Of a DNA stretch of 46,704 nucleotides, positions 21,539 to 34,221 are shown in pieces; position 1 is the stretch's first letter, and the number at the start of each line of letters is the position of its first letter. Source of the stretch: Dimargaris cristalligena (lineage: Eukaryota); NCBI GenBank assembly GCA_003614675.1, contig ML002292.1, forward strand, positions 1 to 46,704. The letters run 5' to 3'. The notes under the pieces are model-generated. The model searched no databases. It was not told where the DNA came from and worked only from the letters and a program-made list of their open reading frames with translations. Position numbers and translations under genes: made by a program.

Positions 21539-24500
21539 GGTCAAATGGCGGATTTCGTAAAGTACTTAGGCGTGAAAGGGTTTTCTGAGCAGTTAAGGGT
21601 TTATAGAAAAAGGAAGAAAAAAAACGCTAGTAAGTACTATACAGTACGCGACGCGTCAAGACTAAACTAGACAAGTCCGAAACGAAAGTCACGGGGGAAG
21701 GCTATCTGGTGAAAAAGAAATCGGGGAACTAAAAATAATACGTTGATAGTAGATTGATCTATTGAAGGGATTGAGAGAAGCCCAATACGACTAGTATAGG
21801 CCATTTTACATGATGTCATTATTTAAAGTCCTCTTATTTTGCTTGGGTTGGTAGATTTCATTAAGTAATGAATTTTACTTAATGATCAGAGGAAAGGGGT
21901 AGTAGGCGCTCCCCAAATACATTGGACTAATTAACTACTAATCCAATCAGCCTGATGTAAACCAAGGGCAAGGTCTTCCACCAACCACGGACTAGATTAT
22001 GACGCGCTCGCGCTCTGCCACAGCTAGAAACAGATTAAGTTGTAATGATTTACAGGCCAACTATTTAAATCATGTACATCATTATCGGCACCCGGTGGTA
22101 ATCCCTGCTAGTGTGGATGTTTCCCCAGGCTTGCCAGTTACTCCGATATTACCGTCGGTTGAATACCATGTGACAAACGACTCAAAATGAGAGATTCTTG
22201 GCTGACAAGCCAAACAACTTACAAGGGATGAAATCGAACTGAGTATTTGGATTTCATTTTAATATTTACTCATTCCCTATTTCTTACTGGAGGGCCCGTC
22301 GAGTCTTTATGTATGGCGCTAGCCACACGCAAGTGCTCACTGATAAGCACTGATCCAAAGCAGTGTGGGCCACATTCTGAACTACGCCGCTACCAACATG
22401 CACACCTCTTTACTTCAAATGATTTACTTAGGAGGCCTATTTGTGATATGAGCTACAACGAGAGCCTTGTATAGATCTGTGTAGACAGATTATTCTCACC
22501 AAGTCTTTCGTTTAGCTCCGTGTTTTTGTCAGCGGATACACACACATACATATATGGGTGAAGTTCAGCTCGGTTGTATAGGGTTTTAACTGTTATGCGT
22601 ATGGGGAAATCGGTGGGATGTTTATTTTCAACCAGTAGTATTTGCCTCATCAAATGGATTTTATGTTATACAGCCTTATTGAATTACTCCCATATATATA
22701 TATATATTGCGTGGAATCCGACACCACCGACCATTGGATTCCCGATTTATCTGGATTACTAATCAGATTAGATGTTTTCGGGTGGTCTTAGGCCCAGGGC
22801 AAATCGCTCGCTGATTTGTGGTTTAGAGGACTCTGGGGTATAGAGAGTGAATAACATACCTGGTGATCCGCATCCATGTGAATAGTGGTGAGGCCAATGG
22901 TCGATAAGAGAAGGGTTCTTATTATTAATCCATTTAGGGATCTGAATAACATAGCTCGGTGGATCCTTGTTGCCATGTTCCAACCGCCAATGGGGGGCGG
23001 AACATAGCCGCTTATATTAATCTAATACACCTTATTCAGATGTTGGAGACGGGGAAGGCGAGCTTGGGGTTATTGTACGGGGAATGTAATACTACAGCAC
23101 TACCAGAATGATCTAATCAGATTGGTCACTATTTATTTCATTGACGTTGGGAATAGAGTGGTGGAATAAGTGAAGTTCGGTTGGGTAGCACACATGAGTC
23201 GTCAATTTATCTACCCATGGCTTTTACTAACGGCTGCGTACCCCTCGCATATATTCACCCAGTTCGCTGTATGCGGTGCTGGTTGGTTGGTCCTTGTATA
23301 TCTGCTGGATCATTTGCTACTGTACTGACACCCTCCTGCTCTCTTTTCTTTCACTTGTTCTTATTAAATTCTGTTTTTCTCTTTTGACTTTCTCGGTAAC
23401 TACTAGAACGAGCCACCTGAAGAGCCTCTCGGCTGTTCCCTTTTGCTTCGTTTAACGTTCGTCTCATTCAAACCTTACCATAGTTTGCTTATACACTTGT
23501 GCGCTTTTCTGCGGAGGTTTCTATCGACTATCCTATTATACTATACACGGTTGCCCCATATATTCGTGTATTGATTCTATACTCTTCAACTTCCCCACTC
23601 TCCTCTCGCTACTGGGTGGTTTAACCTCTGCAATCTCACCGGGCCCTTCCTTCTCCTTTCCAGCTGCAGCTTTAAGGATTACCACGGTCCACGAGGATAG
23701 TACCTCTTCTTTTCGCCCTACCGACAGGGCTGCGGGTTCACCCACATTTACCCCAGTTCACCAGATTCGCAACTCGCCCTTGACTACCAGACGTGCACCG
23801 TATATACTTATCAGGTAAAACATTTACTTATCTTCCCCCTATCAATCTTTACCCCTGCACGTGCCATTTCCGTGGATTAAAAACTGCCCCCGCCACTGAA
23901 GAAGTCTCTCCGTTTTATCATCACTGATCCTTTACTTGGTCTGCCAAAATCACCCAGTCTGTCTTCCCTATTCGTGCAGCCCAACCACAGTACTGTATCC
24001 CCCTGTTCCTCACTCTTATGGCTCAGTCCCTTCTTATCTGATAGAGAGAATTACTTTTCGTCACATACACCCCCTCCCGTCACCCTCTCTTCTCCTCCTC
24101 TCTTCCCTCCTCTTCCTTCCCTCCTCTCTCTCGTCTCTAATTTCCTCCCCCCTTTCTCTATACTAGACCTGGTCGAAATTTTCCTCTGCATTGCTTCTTA
24201 CTTTTAACATCCCCCATAACCTCGATTATCCCTTGTCGACATTCAATACCGTGTTCGGCATTCCCCTTGGTTCTCAGCAATAACCTCAGTGGTTGGGCCA
24301 TTCCTGTTTTTCCTTACTGATCCCCTTTCTTACTTCCTTCTCTTTGACTGGCCCCTAACCACACCCCAGGCCTTAGACCCGAGCCTTCCCTTTTTGGCCT
24401 TACTGCTTCAACGCATTAGACCTCCAATTACTGGCCAACCCCGAGCCTACTCAGTAATCCTGTTATAGAAGCCCCGTTCTTCGATTGCCATCTCCTAATT

Positions 24501-24648
24501 CCGTTCCCTCCCTCAACCGGACTTGACTTCTTACTCATTGTACCCATCTTTGTCTACTCCCACTTACCGGCAATTCACCAACTCCCCGACGGTTATTATC
24601 TCAATCGATTTCCCCGCCCCGTTACCCTCCAGCAGTAACTCTTTCACC

Positions 24649-26561
24649 ATGTCCTTCTCGACCGGGCTTAGCCTGACGGACCTAAATGACTACATTTCCC
24701 CTTCGCAGTCGTGTATCAAACCAGTCGAGGTCAATAAGAAGTCAGATATTCAACAGGCCATAAAAATCGACCAAACCGGTGATTATTACGAAGTAGCCCA
24801 CGATGGTACCTCAACGAAACTCGAAACTGCCAGCATCTCCCTCAATGACTGTCTGGCCTGCAGGTAATGTTTGTCATATTGCTGTATTCTGTCTCTCTCA
24901 CCAATGTCCCATTGCCCTTCCCCTCATGCGCTCCTTTTTCTCCCCGCGCTTTTACGTACATGGATCCAGTATTTGAACCTGCCCCTTCAGTCCAGCGGCA
25001 ATCAACTAGCGCGGTTATGTCAGTCGATAGTAGCTTACTAACTTTCCCTTTTGTATATGCTGTGTGTGTACTACTTGCTTTTCTATATTATCAACCGGAC
25101 GTCTTTGTTTATGTTGGTGGCCCTTTTTCCAGTGGGTGTATTACGTCGGCCGAAAGCGTTCTAATTGCCCTCCAGTCCCACAAAGAACTTCTGGATGTTC
25201 TGGACAAGAACCGCGTTGCACGGGATGAAGGTCGTTTGGACGATGTCAAGGTAGTCATCGTGTCCATCTCACCGCAAACATATGCGACATTTGCGTCCAA
25301 ATATAGTATCACTTTACTTCAAACCGCTCAACGCATCACGTCTGTCCTCAAGAACCTTGGCGTGGACCATATCTTTGATACGAGTTTCTCGCGCGATCTG
25401 TCCCTGATTCGTATCGCTCGCGAGTTTGTTGACCGCTACCGAACGGCCAAGGCTGCCCCGAGATCGGCCACCCGCTCGGAAACCTCTCTTCCGATGTTGG
25501 CCTCGGCCTGCCCCGGCTGGGTATGCTACGCCGAAAAGACCCACGACTACGTTTTACCGTATATCAGCAAGACCAAATCGCCACAGCAAATCATGGGTTC
25601 CCTAACCAAATTCTTCTTTGCTGATAAGCTCAATACCCAGCGGCAGGTCGCCTCCAATGACACCCTGTCCACTATCACGCCCGACCGGATATACCACCTT
25701 TCCATTATGCCTTGCTATGACAAGAAATTAGAAGCATCCCGGGAGGATTTCTTCATTCCGGACTTCAACGCCAAGGAAGTGGATTGTGTCATTTCTTCCG
25801 GTGAGTTAGATAAGCTTATGGAAGAACGTGGCATCGATTTCCCCAACGTTGACGAGGTCCCTCTCGATCGACTATTCACTAAACGGGTAGCCGTACCCGA
25901 CAACCAGACTACCACTGAAGTGGTCGATGAACAGAACCTGGCCCGGGCTGCCGGTACTTCTTCCGGAGGTTACTTGGAATACATCCTATCCTACTCCGCC
26001 CGGGAGCTCTTTGGTTTGGACCTCAAGGGTGACGATGTCGAACGGGGCGAGTCCAGTCTACTTAAGATCGAGACCGTCCGCAACGCCGATTTCCGGGAAG
26101 TCAGTTTAATTCTACCAGACGGCTCTGTGGGTCTACGTTTCGCAGCCACCTATGGTTTCCGCAACATTCAAACCCTGATGCGTAAGATTAAGATCCGTCG
26201 CTGCCAGTACGATTTCGTCGAAGTCATGGCCTGTCCCTCAGGTTGTATCAACGGCGGGGGCCAGCTCAAACCCGGGTTGCTCGAATCGATCACCCCGGCA
26301 GTCAATGGTTCGTCCGAGGCCCTCGGTAACGGACCCCTGGCCCTTAAAGCCATGAAGCCCAAAGAATGGATACAGTTGTGCGAGCGTGTGTATCGGACAC
26401 TTCCTACCCAGGACCCGATGGCTAACCTGCCTTTACAGGATGTAGTTCACGATTGGTTTGGCGAAGCTGGTCTGGATTCACAGAAGGCCGAACGGTTTCT
26501 TGCGACCAAGTACCGTGCCCTGGAACGCGAGAGTACCATAACAGCTGTTGTTGGTTGGTAA
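24649..26561 (+). CDS. NAR1: Cytosolic Fe-S cluster assembly factor Nar1 (Fe-only hydrogenase-like), 2 exons, ~547 aa
   Basis: Exons 24649-24863 and 25133-26561 restore ISLNDCLACSGCITSAES. Also DLNDYISPSQSCIKP, LASACPGWVCYAEK, IMPCYDKKLEASR, YGFRNIQ, VEVMACPSGCINGGGQ and the conserved C-terminal Trp. Confidence 0.97.
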
Positions 26562-27709
26562 CTCGGGTATTTTGGCTATAAGGCCACTCCTTTATGGCCC
26601 TTTTCAGTTTAGGGACTTTGGTATTGTATCACCAGCCGCGACTCTCAGCTTAGCATTCCTATTCTATTTGCTATATCGTGTTGCACCGCATCTTTGTCCC
26701 TGATATAATCAGTGGTTTTTCAGGATACTTTCTAGACGTTTTAGTACTTCCATATTATATCAACCTTCCTTTCCAATTGTTGGTTACCTCTTACACCCCC
26801 CCCCCCTTTTCCTTCGTTATAGTACTTCTGCCCTGGGGCCTTGACCATTTTTCATTGAGACACTCCCCTTTCTTCTCCTTTAATTATCCTTCCCCACCAT
26901 CCTCTTTGTGTACTTTAATCATAGCAAAAAGCCTTTTATTTGAGATATTTATCTCTGGCGTACATTTTCGCGACTAAAAATTACATCTTCCGTTATGTGC
27001 TACTATTACGCCATTTAGTCTAATCAGCCGCCCACCTTTTATTATTACAATTATATATTAGGGCCTGTTTGATCACCGCCATTTTTTCCATGCTTACTTC
27101 ATGGCTTATATTTTGGTTTAAAGTTTAAAAATAAAACCGCGGGGACCCCTTATTTCTGTACATTAGAGTGCCGATGTTTTGTTTTAGGTTGCTGGATGAA
27201 TGCATTCAGTTACTTTCAGGTTGATGACTGCAACGAGCAAGAGATTTGCCACGATTTTGGCTAATCTGTGTCGTTGCTGTAGAGGGCAACGTGGCATTAA
27301 GATGAGAGAAATACTTGTATATTACAGCCGTGTTTATGTGGATGGGATCAAAACTTATGTAGCATATTTATCTAGTAGCCTCATTTGGGGGCGAATCCAT
27401 TTCAGAAATATTGGAGTCTCTTAATAGTCCATCGGCATACCCCTATGGCGATCCTGGGGATATTTTCAAACCACTCTAAAGATTAATAGATTTAAGCCGT
27501 TTAATCGATAGACCTGGAGTACTTTCCCGTTAACCAGTTATACGCTCACACACTTAACAACAAAGCATAGTCATCACAACAAAACCCTGGTGGTAGATAT
27601 ATAAATCAATTTTCAGTCATTTTATTAGATGCCGGGTCAGAACTAGAAAGGATTGACGGAGTATTTATATATATATATGTGTATAAACTCCGCCCTTTCG
27701 CAAGATATA

Positions 27710-30700
27710 TTACATAAGCACGCATCGTTCATCCACCATACTCTTAATTTTCGCATAGTCGGTTCGCAACTCCACGAACTCGTACACCTCTTCTACACGT
27801 AGGACTGGTTCGAACCGGGGGGCATCGTGGAGTAAGTCCCGTAAGTGTTGGGGGGTCACAATGAACAAATGGCCCACTTCTTTAAGGACGTCAAAATAGC
27901 GGACGATTTCGGGGTTCTTGAGGTACCGACTGGCCCAACCGTGGTATTCGTTGAGGTCCGAAATGAGCTGGAAACCGCCGGCACCGGTGTCGATGCGGAA
28001 GCGTCGGATGTGTTGGTTTAGAATACTGGATGGTGGTGGAAAGGGGGGAGGGTGGGTAGGATAGAAGATGATGGATCGTGGAATCAGATAAGTTTCAGAA
28101 ATTATATATATTAAAAAAAAATCAAACAATAACAATTATAAGTAAATAAACAAAACAAAACAGTAACATAATTTCACAGGCAACTTAGAATAGAGTTTGA
28201 TATATCAAAAATACAATGCAAATTCGGGGGGGGGGGGCGGTACGGAGGAGTGTCGGAAACCACTCACTATTTGACTATAACGAGCTTGCAAATGTCTCTG
28301 CCATGAATATAATGTATTTCGTAGGCCTACTTAAAAAATCAGAATAAAAACGGGACTTACTTATAGAATCGCAACCCCACTTCCCCCAGAAACACTTCTA
28401 CGATGTGCTTATCGGTCGCCCGGGTGACCAGGGTCGTGTACTGTGAGAGACAATCCAAGACACTTTGGCAGGCCGGGGTGCTCCGCAAATCGACACTAAC
28501 GCCCGGCGGTGGGTCGAAATCACTCACTTCCTGGCGCGTCCGAAGAATATGTTCGACCTGGTCCATCATGACGTCAATGACGTGGTCGAGTCCGGCCGCC
28601 GCTTGGTCGTCTATTTTGGCCTCGAGGGCCCGTTTCTCTTGGTTACACATACTGAGGAAGTCGTTTTCGTCCACAAAGCAAAGCTGTATGATAGTAAGTA
28701 TCATGGTGGTGGTAGTGGTGAGGAGGGGGGGGGTTATAATACAGATAGTTCAAGGTTAGCCCTTAAGTCAAACCTGGACCGTAGTAGCATCATGCAGATG
28801 ATATAAACATTCACAGGGTACTTCGGCCTTTGCAATCCACTGAGCATCGTCTTCAGATTCCTTTTTTGGGGGTGGACTAACTTACCATTTCCTGTTTGTA
28901 GTACACTTCGACCATATGTACAATCAAATCGGCGAGGTGAATCAGTTCCAAATACTGGGTCAACGAATTCAAACTATACGTATATCCCGCCGCATGGCGG
29001 TGGTGATGATTGAGGAGTTGAATTTGGGCCAATTGGTGGATCGCCGTATCAAACGCCGGTTTGATATGGTGCTGCCCCAGGTAGCGGAGCAGGGTCACGA
29101 ACGTAGACTCGATACATTCCAGGACGTCCTGTTTCATTCGCCAGTCCTCGGGGGCATCGTACCAGAATATGGCGAGGCGATACACGGCCACTTTGTTTTC
29201 ATGGATCATGTTGAGGGCCAGGTCGAGGGAAAGGTAGCTGTGGAATTCTTGGTCGTAGGCCGTCAGGTCGAGGCTATTTTTCCGGGTGGGTTCGTCAGGG
29301 TCAGGGTTAGGGTCAGGCTCGGGGCCCGTCGGTCCGGTGGAAATAGATCGGGAAGAGGGTTTTGTGAGGGATTTTTCGTTTGAACTAGGATAACGACGCC
29401 GGTGGGCCGATTTCTCCCCTAGTTTGTTACCCAAAGTGGTGAGCACATCATGGCGCATACTAGCCATTTCGGTTTTCCCGAGATGGCTGGAACTTATGGC
29501 GACGGGATGGGGGTGTGCAGGCGGGGCACTGGTCATGCCCATACCCATGCTCATGCCCGTAACCGTGACTGTGCTTGTGGTCGGGGCAGCAGGGGTCACG
29601 GATGATGATTTACGACCCCGGGAAACCGACGAGTTCCCGGCGGGCAACAAGGGTGGCGACTTTAGGGGCAGTAAGTTCGGCTGATGGTCGCGAGTGGCCC
29701 ATCCCTCGATCATCCGTTCATAAGTGTTCGCGATGGCGGTTCGTTCATCTGCCAAATGCCGGCGCACGAACGTTTCGTGGGCCCGGAACAAAACGCCACG
29801 GGTATGGTCAATAAGTAGCCCGACGCTGGGTAAGTCATTGACTTGGTCGATCCATTCCAAACACTGGTAAAAGGCGTCGGCGGACAGGTCGAGGAGCTGG
29901 GCGGGACTTTGGCGGTAGCGTTCATTGTCGAGGCAGTGGCGGAGGATAGGCAAAACCAGTTGGGTGAGGAGTTTCTCCAGGAAGAAACTGAGGGCCGCGC
30001 GACCCGCGGTTAGAATAGTGCCCATGAGGTCACTGTAGTCGCGGAGGTGGGTCAGGAGATTGGCCAGGAATTGGGGCCATTGGGCAATGGTTAGGTTTTC
30101 GAGCGATTGGTTTAGCAGGACGTCTAGCCCGGTGGTGCCCTTGTCGTTGAGATTGAAAAAGGGGTGGTTGTCAACCAGGATTTGAATAAGAGCGGTGCCA
30201 TCGTTGATTAAGTGGAGCACGTCGCTATGATACTGGGGAAATCAAGTGTAGAGAAGGAGGTGGTGGAGGTCAAATGGCCTTGCGAATATAATTGATTAAT
30301 GCCAGACATTATATGGAGTGTATATAGACGGTCTTCAATCCACGTGGTTGTATCTAGGTTCAGAATATCCGGGGGTACTTCTTCTCGACGGAAACAGTCC
30401 ATCCAACCGGCGACAAGGATCGCTTTTGGATAAACCAACCTCCTTGGCTAACAGGTAAACCTGATATCCACTCGGACTCAACTAAACCAGCGGGTCAGCT
30501 CGGAAACTTACTCGTAGGGCGTCAATGTCCGTGGCGGCATAGGCCAATTGCAGTTCAGTAAGGTGCCAATTTTCAAAATTAAGTAGATAGGTGTGTAGTC
30601 TTTGGTTAATATCCACGACCTCGGCGGTACCAATGATGCCCCGGCTAAACCAAACTAGTTGATCTAAGACTAGGGCCTGTTGGATATTGGCTTCGTAAGT

Positions 30701-31765
30701 CGTGGCAGTGGGGCTAGTGGTGGCGTTTCCTTTCGGGGGGATTTCGGTTAACAGCAGGTGGATCGGGGTGGTGGGTCGGAAGTGGTAGTAAATGGGGTAT
30801 AGGTAGGAATAGAGGGCTCGGAATATGATCATCGGATGCCGGTGGAGGTAGTCTAGTACTAGTCGGGCCACGGGAATGGGTTTTTTGGATCCCGAATATG
30901 ATGATGATGATAATGAGGAGGAGGGATATGCGGGAAACCCCATCTCGTCCTGGGTTGGGGAGAGTTCCGCTATAAGTTCCGGCCGGGCATTTCCCTCGGT
31001 GGGCCACCGGAATAACCGGCAGAGCAGGAGTATTAAGTTATAGGGGGCGCGAAGGTGATCCCGGAGGCGGTCCGAGCCCGTACGTTGCAGGTCCCGGTCG
31101 TGACGGACCTTGCGCTTAAGGGCCCGAATGCGGCGACGTGGGGTGGGGCGGGCCCCGGACCCTAGCTTAGTGGGGTACAGGGCGTCGCTCTCCAAGTACA
31201 TGTGGAACCCCATGCGCACCAGCCGGGTCATGTACAGGCGGGGTTCGTAGACAAGGGGGGCGAGGTACCGACAGGTGCCGCCGAAACGGAACAGGTCGGG
31301 GATGGACAGGTACTGCATGATTTCCAGCAGGATGGGGTCGGGTAATGTGAAGAGGGCCACCTTGCCATCGAGGGAGGGTCGATTAACGCCGGTTAAATTA
31401 GCGGGTGGGGCATCGGGTGGACGGTGTTGGTTTTGGGTGTCGCTGCCCTGCCGGCCCGTCAAAGCATAGGGAAGTCGGGACACGGCCGAAGCAATGGGTA
31501 CTAACGGGGCGCGGGCGGTTTGCAGCACGGCGGACAGAGAGGCGGTCACTTTACCAGCGTAGGACAGGCGATTGGCCCGGGAAGCCGGGGAAACCTGGCG
31601 TTCGTAGGGTTGGATGCCTCCTCGTCGTCGAGTAGTCGGCGGACCGCCACCACCTTCTTGGGCCGGTGGGCGGGACGGCGGGGTCCCGAATGGGCTGGTA
31701 GTGGGGGTTGCTGTGGTAGTGGTGGTGGTAGTAGGGTCATCGTCGGGGTCAATAAGTGATAGCAT
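27710..31765 (-). CDS. RCY1: Recyclin-1-like F-box/Sec10-domain protein with C-terminal CAAX, 4 exons, ~1079 aa
   Basis: Exons 31765-30512, 30232-28886, 28683-28361, 28025-27710, all frame-consistent. F-box LFTLPDPILLEIMQYLSIPDLFRFGGTCRYL; Sec10-like C-terminus (FLGEVGLRFY, GGFQLISDLNEY, LKEVGHLFIV); ends in CVLM. Confidence 0.88.
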
Positions 31766-34221
31766 AATAGGTGGAAGGATGGGGTAAAATCGGAAAAAAA
31801 ATGGCTCAGTGCATGAGCGGGAATATAACCGAGTTGGGGTTGGAATGTTCCTGACGAGAAGCCAGCAGCAGGAGGAGGGGGTTGAGGGAAATCGGCTGAG
31901 GAAACGGCTCGGAAGCGGACACTATCGTTACTCCTTCTGACCGCTCTACAAAAGATGGGCGCGACCCCTGGAAAGGAATGCTTTACATAGGTTTAGTGCA
32001 TTACTCCCCCATAATTTCCTGGGTATAATATTCTTCAGCATTAGTCCTTTAGACACTAGATTGCGTACTATTAGCCAGTAACGTTCCACTTTTGCGATAT
32101 TCCACAGTACCCTGATAAGCACAGCATACCCTTCCTATTTGAACAAGCTCCACAACTCGCACAAGGGACTTTCGTTCGGCCCCTTGCTGCATGTTCAGCT
32201 GGCCCAGCGCTTGGGTCTTCCTCACCTCATTCGGTACCTCAACAGGAGGTCCATTGCCCCATCCTTCATCGCCTAGAGTCCCTTCCATTGGCGTGCAGCG
32301 AAAACTAGACTCGCATTTAGGCCCTTGGCCGTATAGCGGCAATAGAGTCCGCCCCGCCTACGAAATCTAGGTATCACCACAATCCTTTAAAAATACGCAC
32401 CCGTATTGCCTAATGTATGGCTTCCCGTTGGCTTAAAGCTGCCAGCTTGAATGCCATGAATAAAATGGTTCCCGGTATAGGCGCACTCACTATTCGGGAT
32501 TGAACCGAATATTGTGATTTGGTTCACCCTTCTTCTACCAAATTTTCCACACCCGCTGTTACCACTTGCAGACTAGTTATATCCAAAGGCTCAACCCTGA
32601 AATTCCCGACCATAGTGGAGTATAGACCCTATATACTAAGCCTGGATTTCCACCGCTCGAATCCCACTTTCACTAGTCCTATCGAGCGCCTCAATGCGAC
32701 AGGACATCGCTAGCTGTTATCGCTATTAGTATAATCGACTTACAAAGCCCCCCCTCCCCTCCTCATTGATTGACAATCCGCAGAACTTACCCACCAGTTC
32801 AGAAATAAGGATTATCATGCGTATTTGGCCCATGGCAAGTTTACTGGGCTCGATTTTCCCCCCTATGCACACTGGCATGTGGGGTGATCAGCCGCTTGGC
32901 TAATTCGTATACTCCTTTTAAGCCGGTCGGTGCGGAGCATGGATATGGTGCGGCTAGGGGAGTCGACTCAATTTAATGACACCGGTTGTATAGCCCAGCC
33001 CACCATGACTTGGCACCACAGACGGGCCCAGTTAACCCGCCTCCCCTGACCAGCCAAGTCCATTGAATGCCAAGCTAGTATAGTCCACTCATTTGGATCA
33101 ATTTCTCATTAGGCCAATTGCTAAAGGTATTTTAAACGAGAGGGGTAGAAATCTGGTCCAAAACCCGTTGGTGCAATATATTAATAAACCTAGAATGTAT
33201 TGATGGGGGGGGAGGGTTAAACTGCGGTGAGGCCATGCAGCACTATCGTATTACGAAAATGAATAGTATGAAATGTAGCATGGTGGTCCTGATCATAGAG
33301 TTATATTAATCTACCATGCAATACTAATATGAAGGACCTTGCTGTTTCCCCCTGGACAACGGGAATCCGAAGGTATGGGCAATTAATTGGGTTAATTGGC
33401 CTGTTTCTTCAGAGCCTTCCCATGCCCTTTACAGTGGTACCCAACGACTGGCGTTGCACGACCATTCATTTCGAGGACTTATGGTAGTGAGGCCGCGTTA
33501 AACGATTAATCTAATTCTGTAGTATGGATCCGCCCGCCCATTCTCCCCTTTCCTTTGAGGCCATCCTCACCCATTGTTCCTCTTCGTAGGGCATTGTTGT
33601 TAGTCCCCCCCTTTGTTTCGGCACTGGCATAGCTTTGTTCCATCCAACCCTTTTATTCGGCGATTGTAGGGCAGGACGGTTTGGTTTTGTGTTTACCTTG
33701 GCTCTGCTAATAGCAGGACAGTACCATGTTGATGCCTCCCTCCTACTTCGGCAAGAGACAGAGTAAATAGAGTGCACCTATACTATTGGGACTATCGCTG
33801 GGTTTATAAACACTTCCCCACCTCTTGATTTCGGAAATATAGAGACCAATCATCATCATCCCCAGTGCACCGCCACTCCCCCTCGCCCAGCCTTAATACT
33901 CTCTCGCTAGTCGAGTGCATACAGCCAGCTCATCTCAACTCTCTCCGGTTTCCTTGCACTACTTGGCTGTTTCTTATTATAACTATCTATATATATATAC
34001 TACTCCTCGTTTCACCCCACCCTTTGCCTTTTTCACTAACTGCATTCACCTCTGTATACATAGAAGCACCCAGCGCTGCTTCCTCTGCTAAGCATTTCTC
34101 CACCTTTCCTTCAGTTCCTCGAAATTCTGCCTCATAACTTCACCTCAACCGCCTCGTTTGATTGTCGAAACTAGCTTCCGTCCCCCATTGCCGTCGAGGC
34201 TCCCACCCTGTCCTGTTATTT

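Noticed and set aside
24867-25132. Hydrophobic N-terminal extension of the 564-aa NAR1 ORF
   Set aside because: It is read-through of the intron; splicing restores the conserved CLACSGC motif.
24649-26561. Possible true [FeFe]-hydrogenase
   Set aside because: N-terminal DLNDYI.P...CIKP, the ACPGW motif and the C-terminal Trp identify Nar1, which has no hydrogenase activity.
30208-30438. 76-aa ORF between RCY1 exons
   Set aside because: Lies essentially within RCY1 intron 1; exons 1 and 2 join in frame without it.
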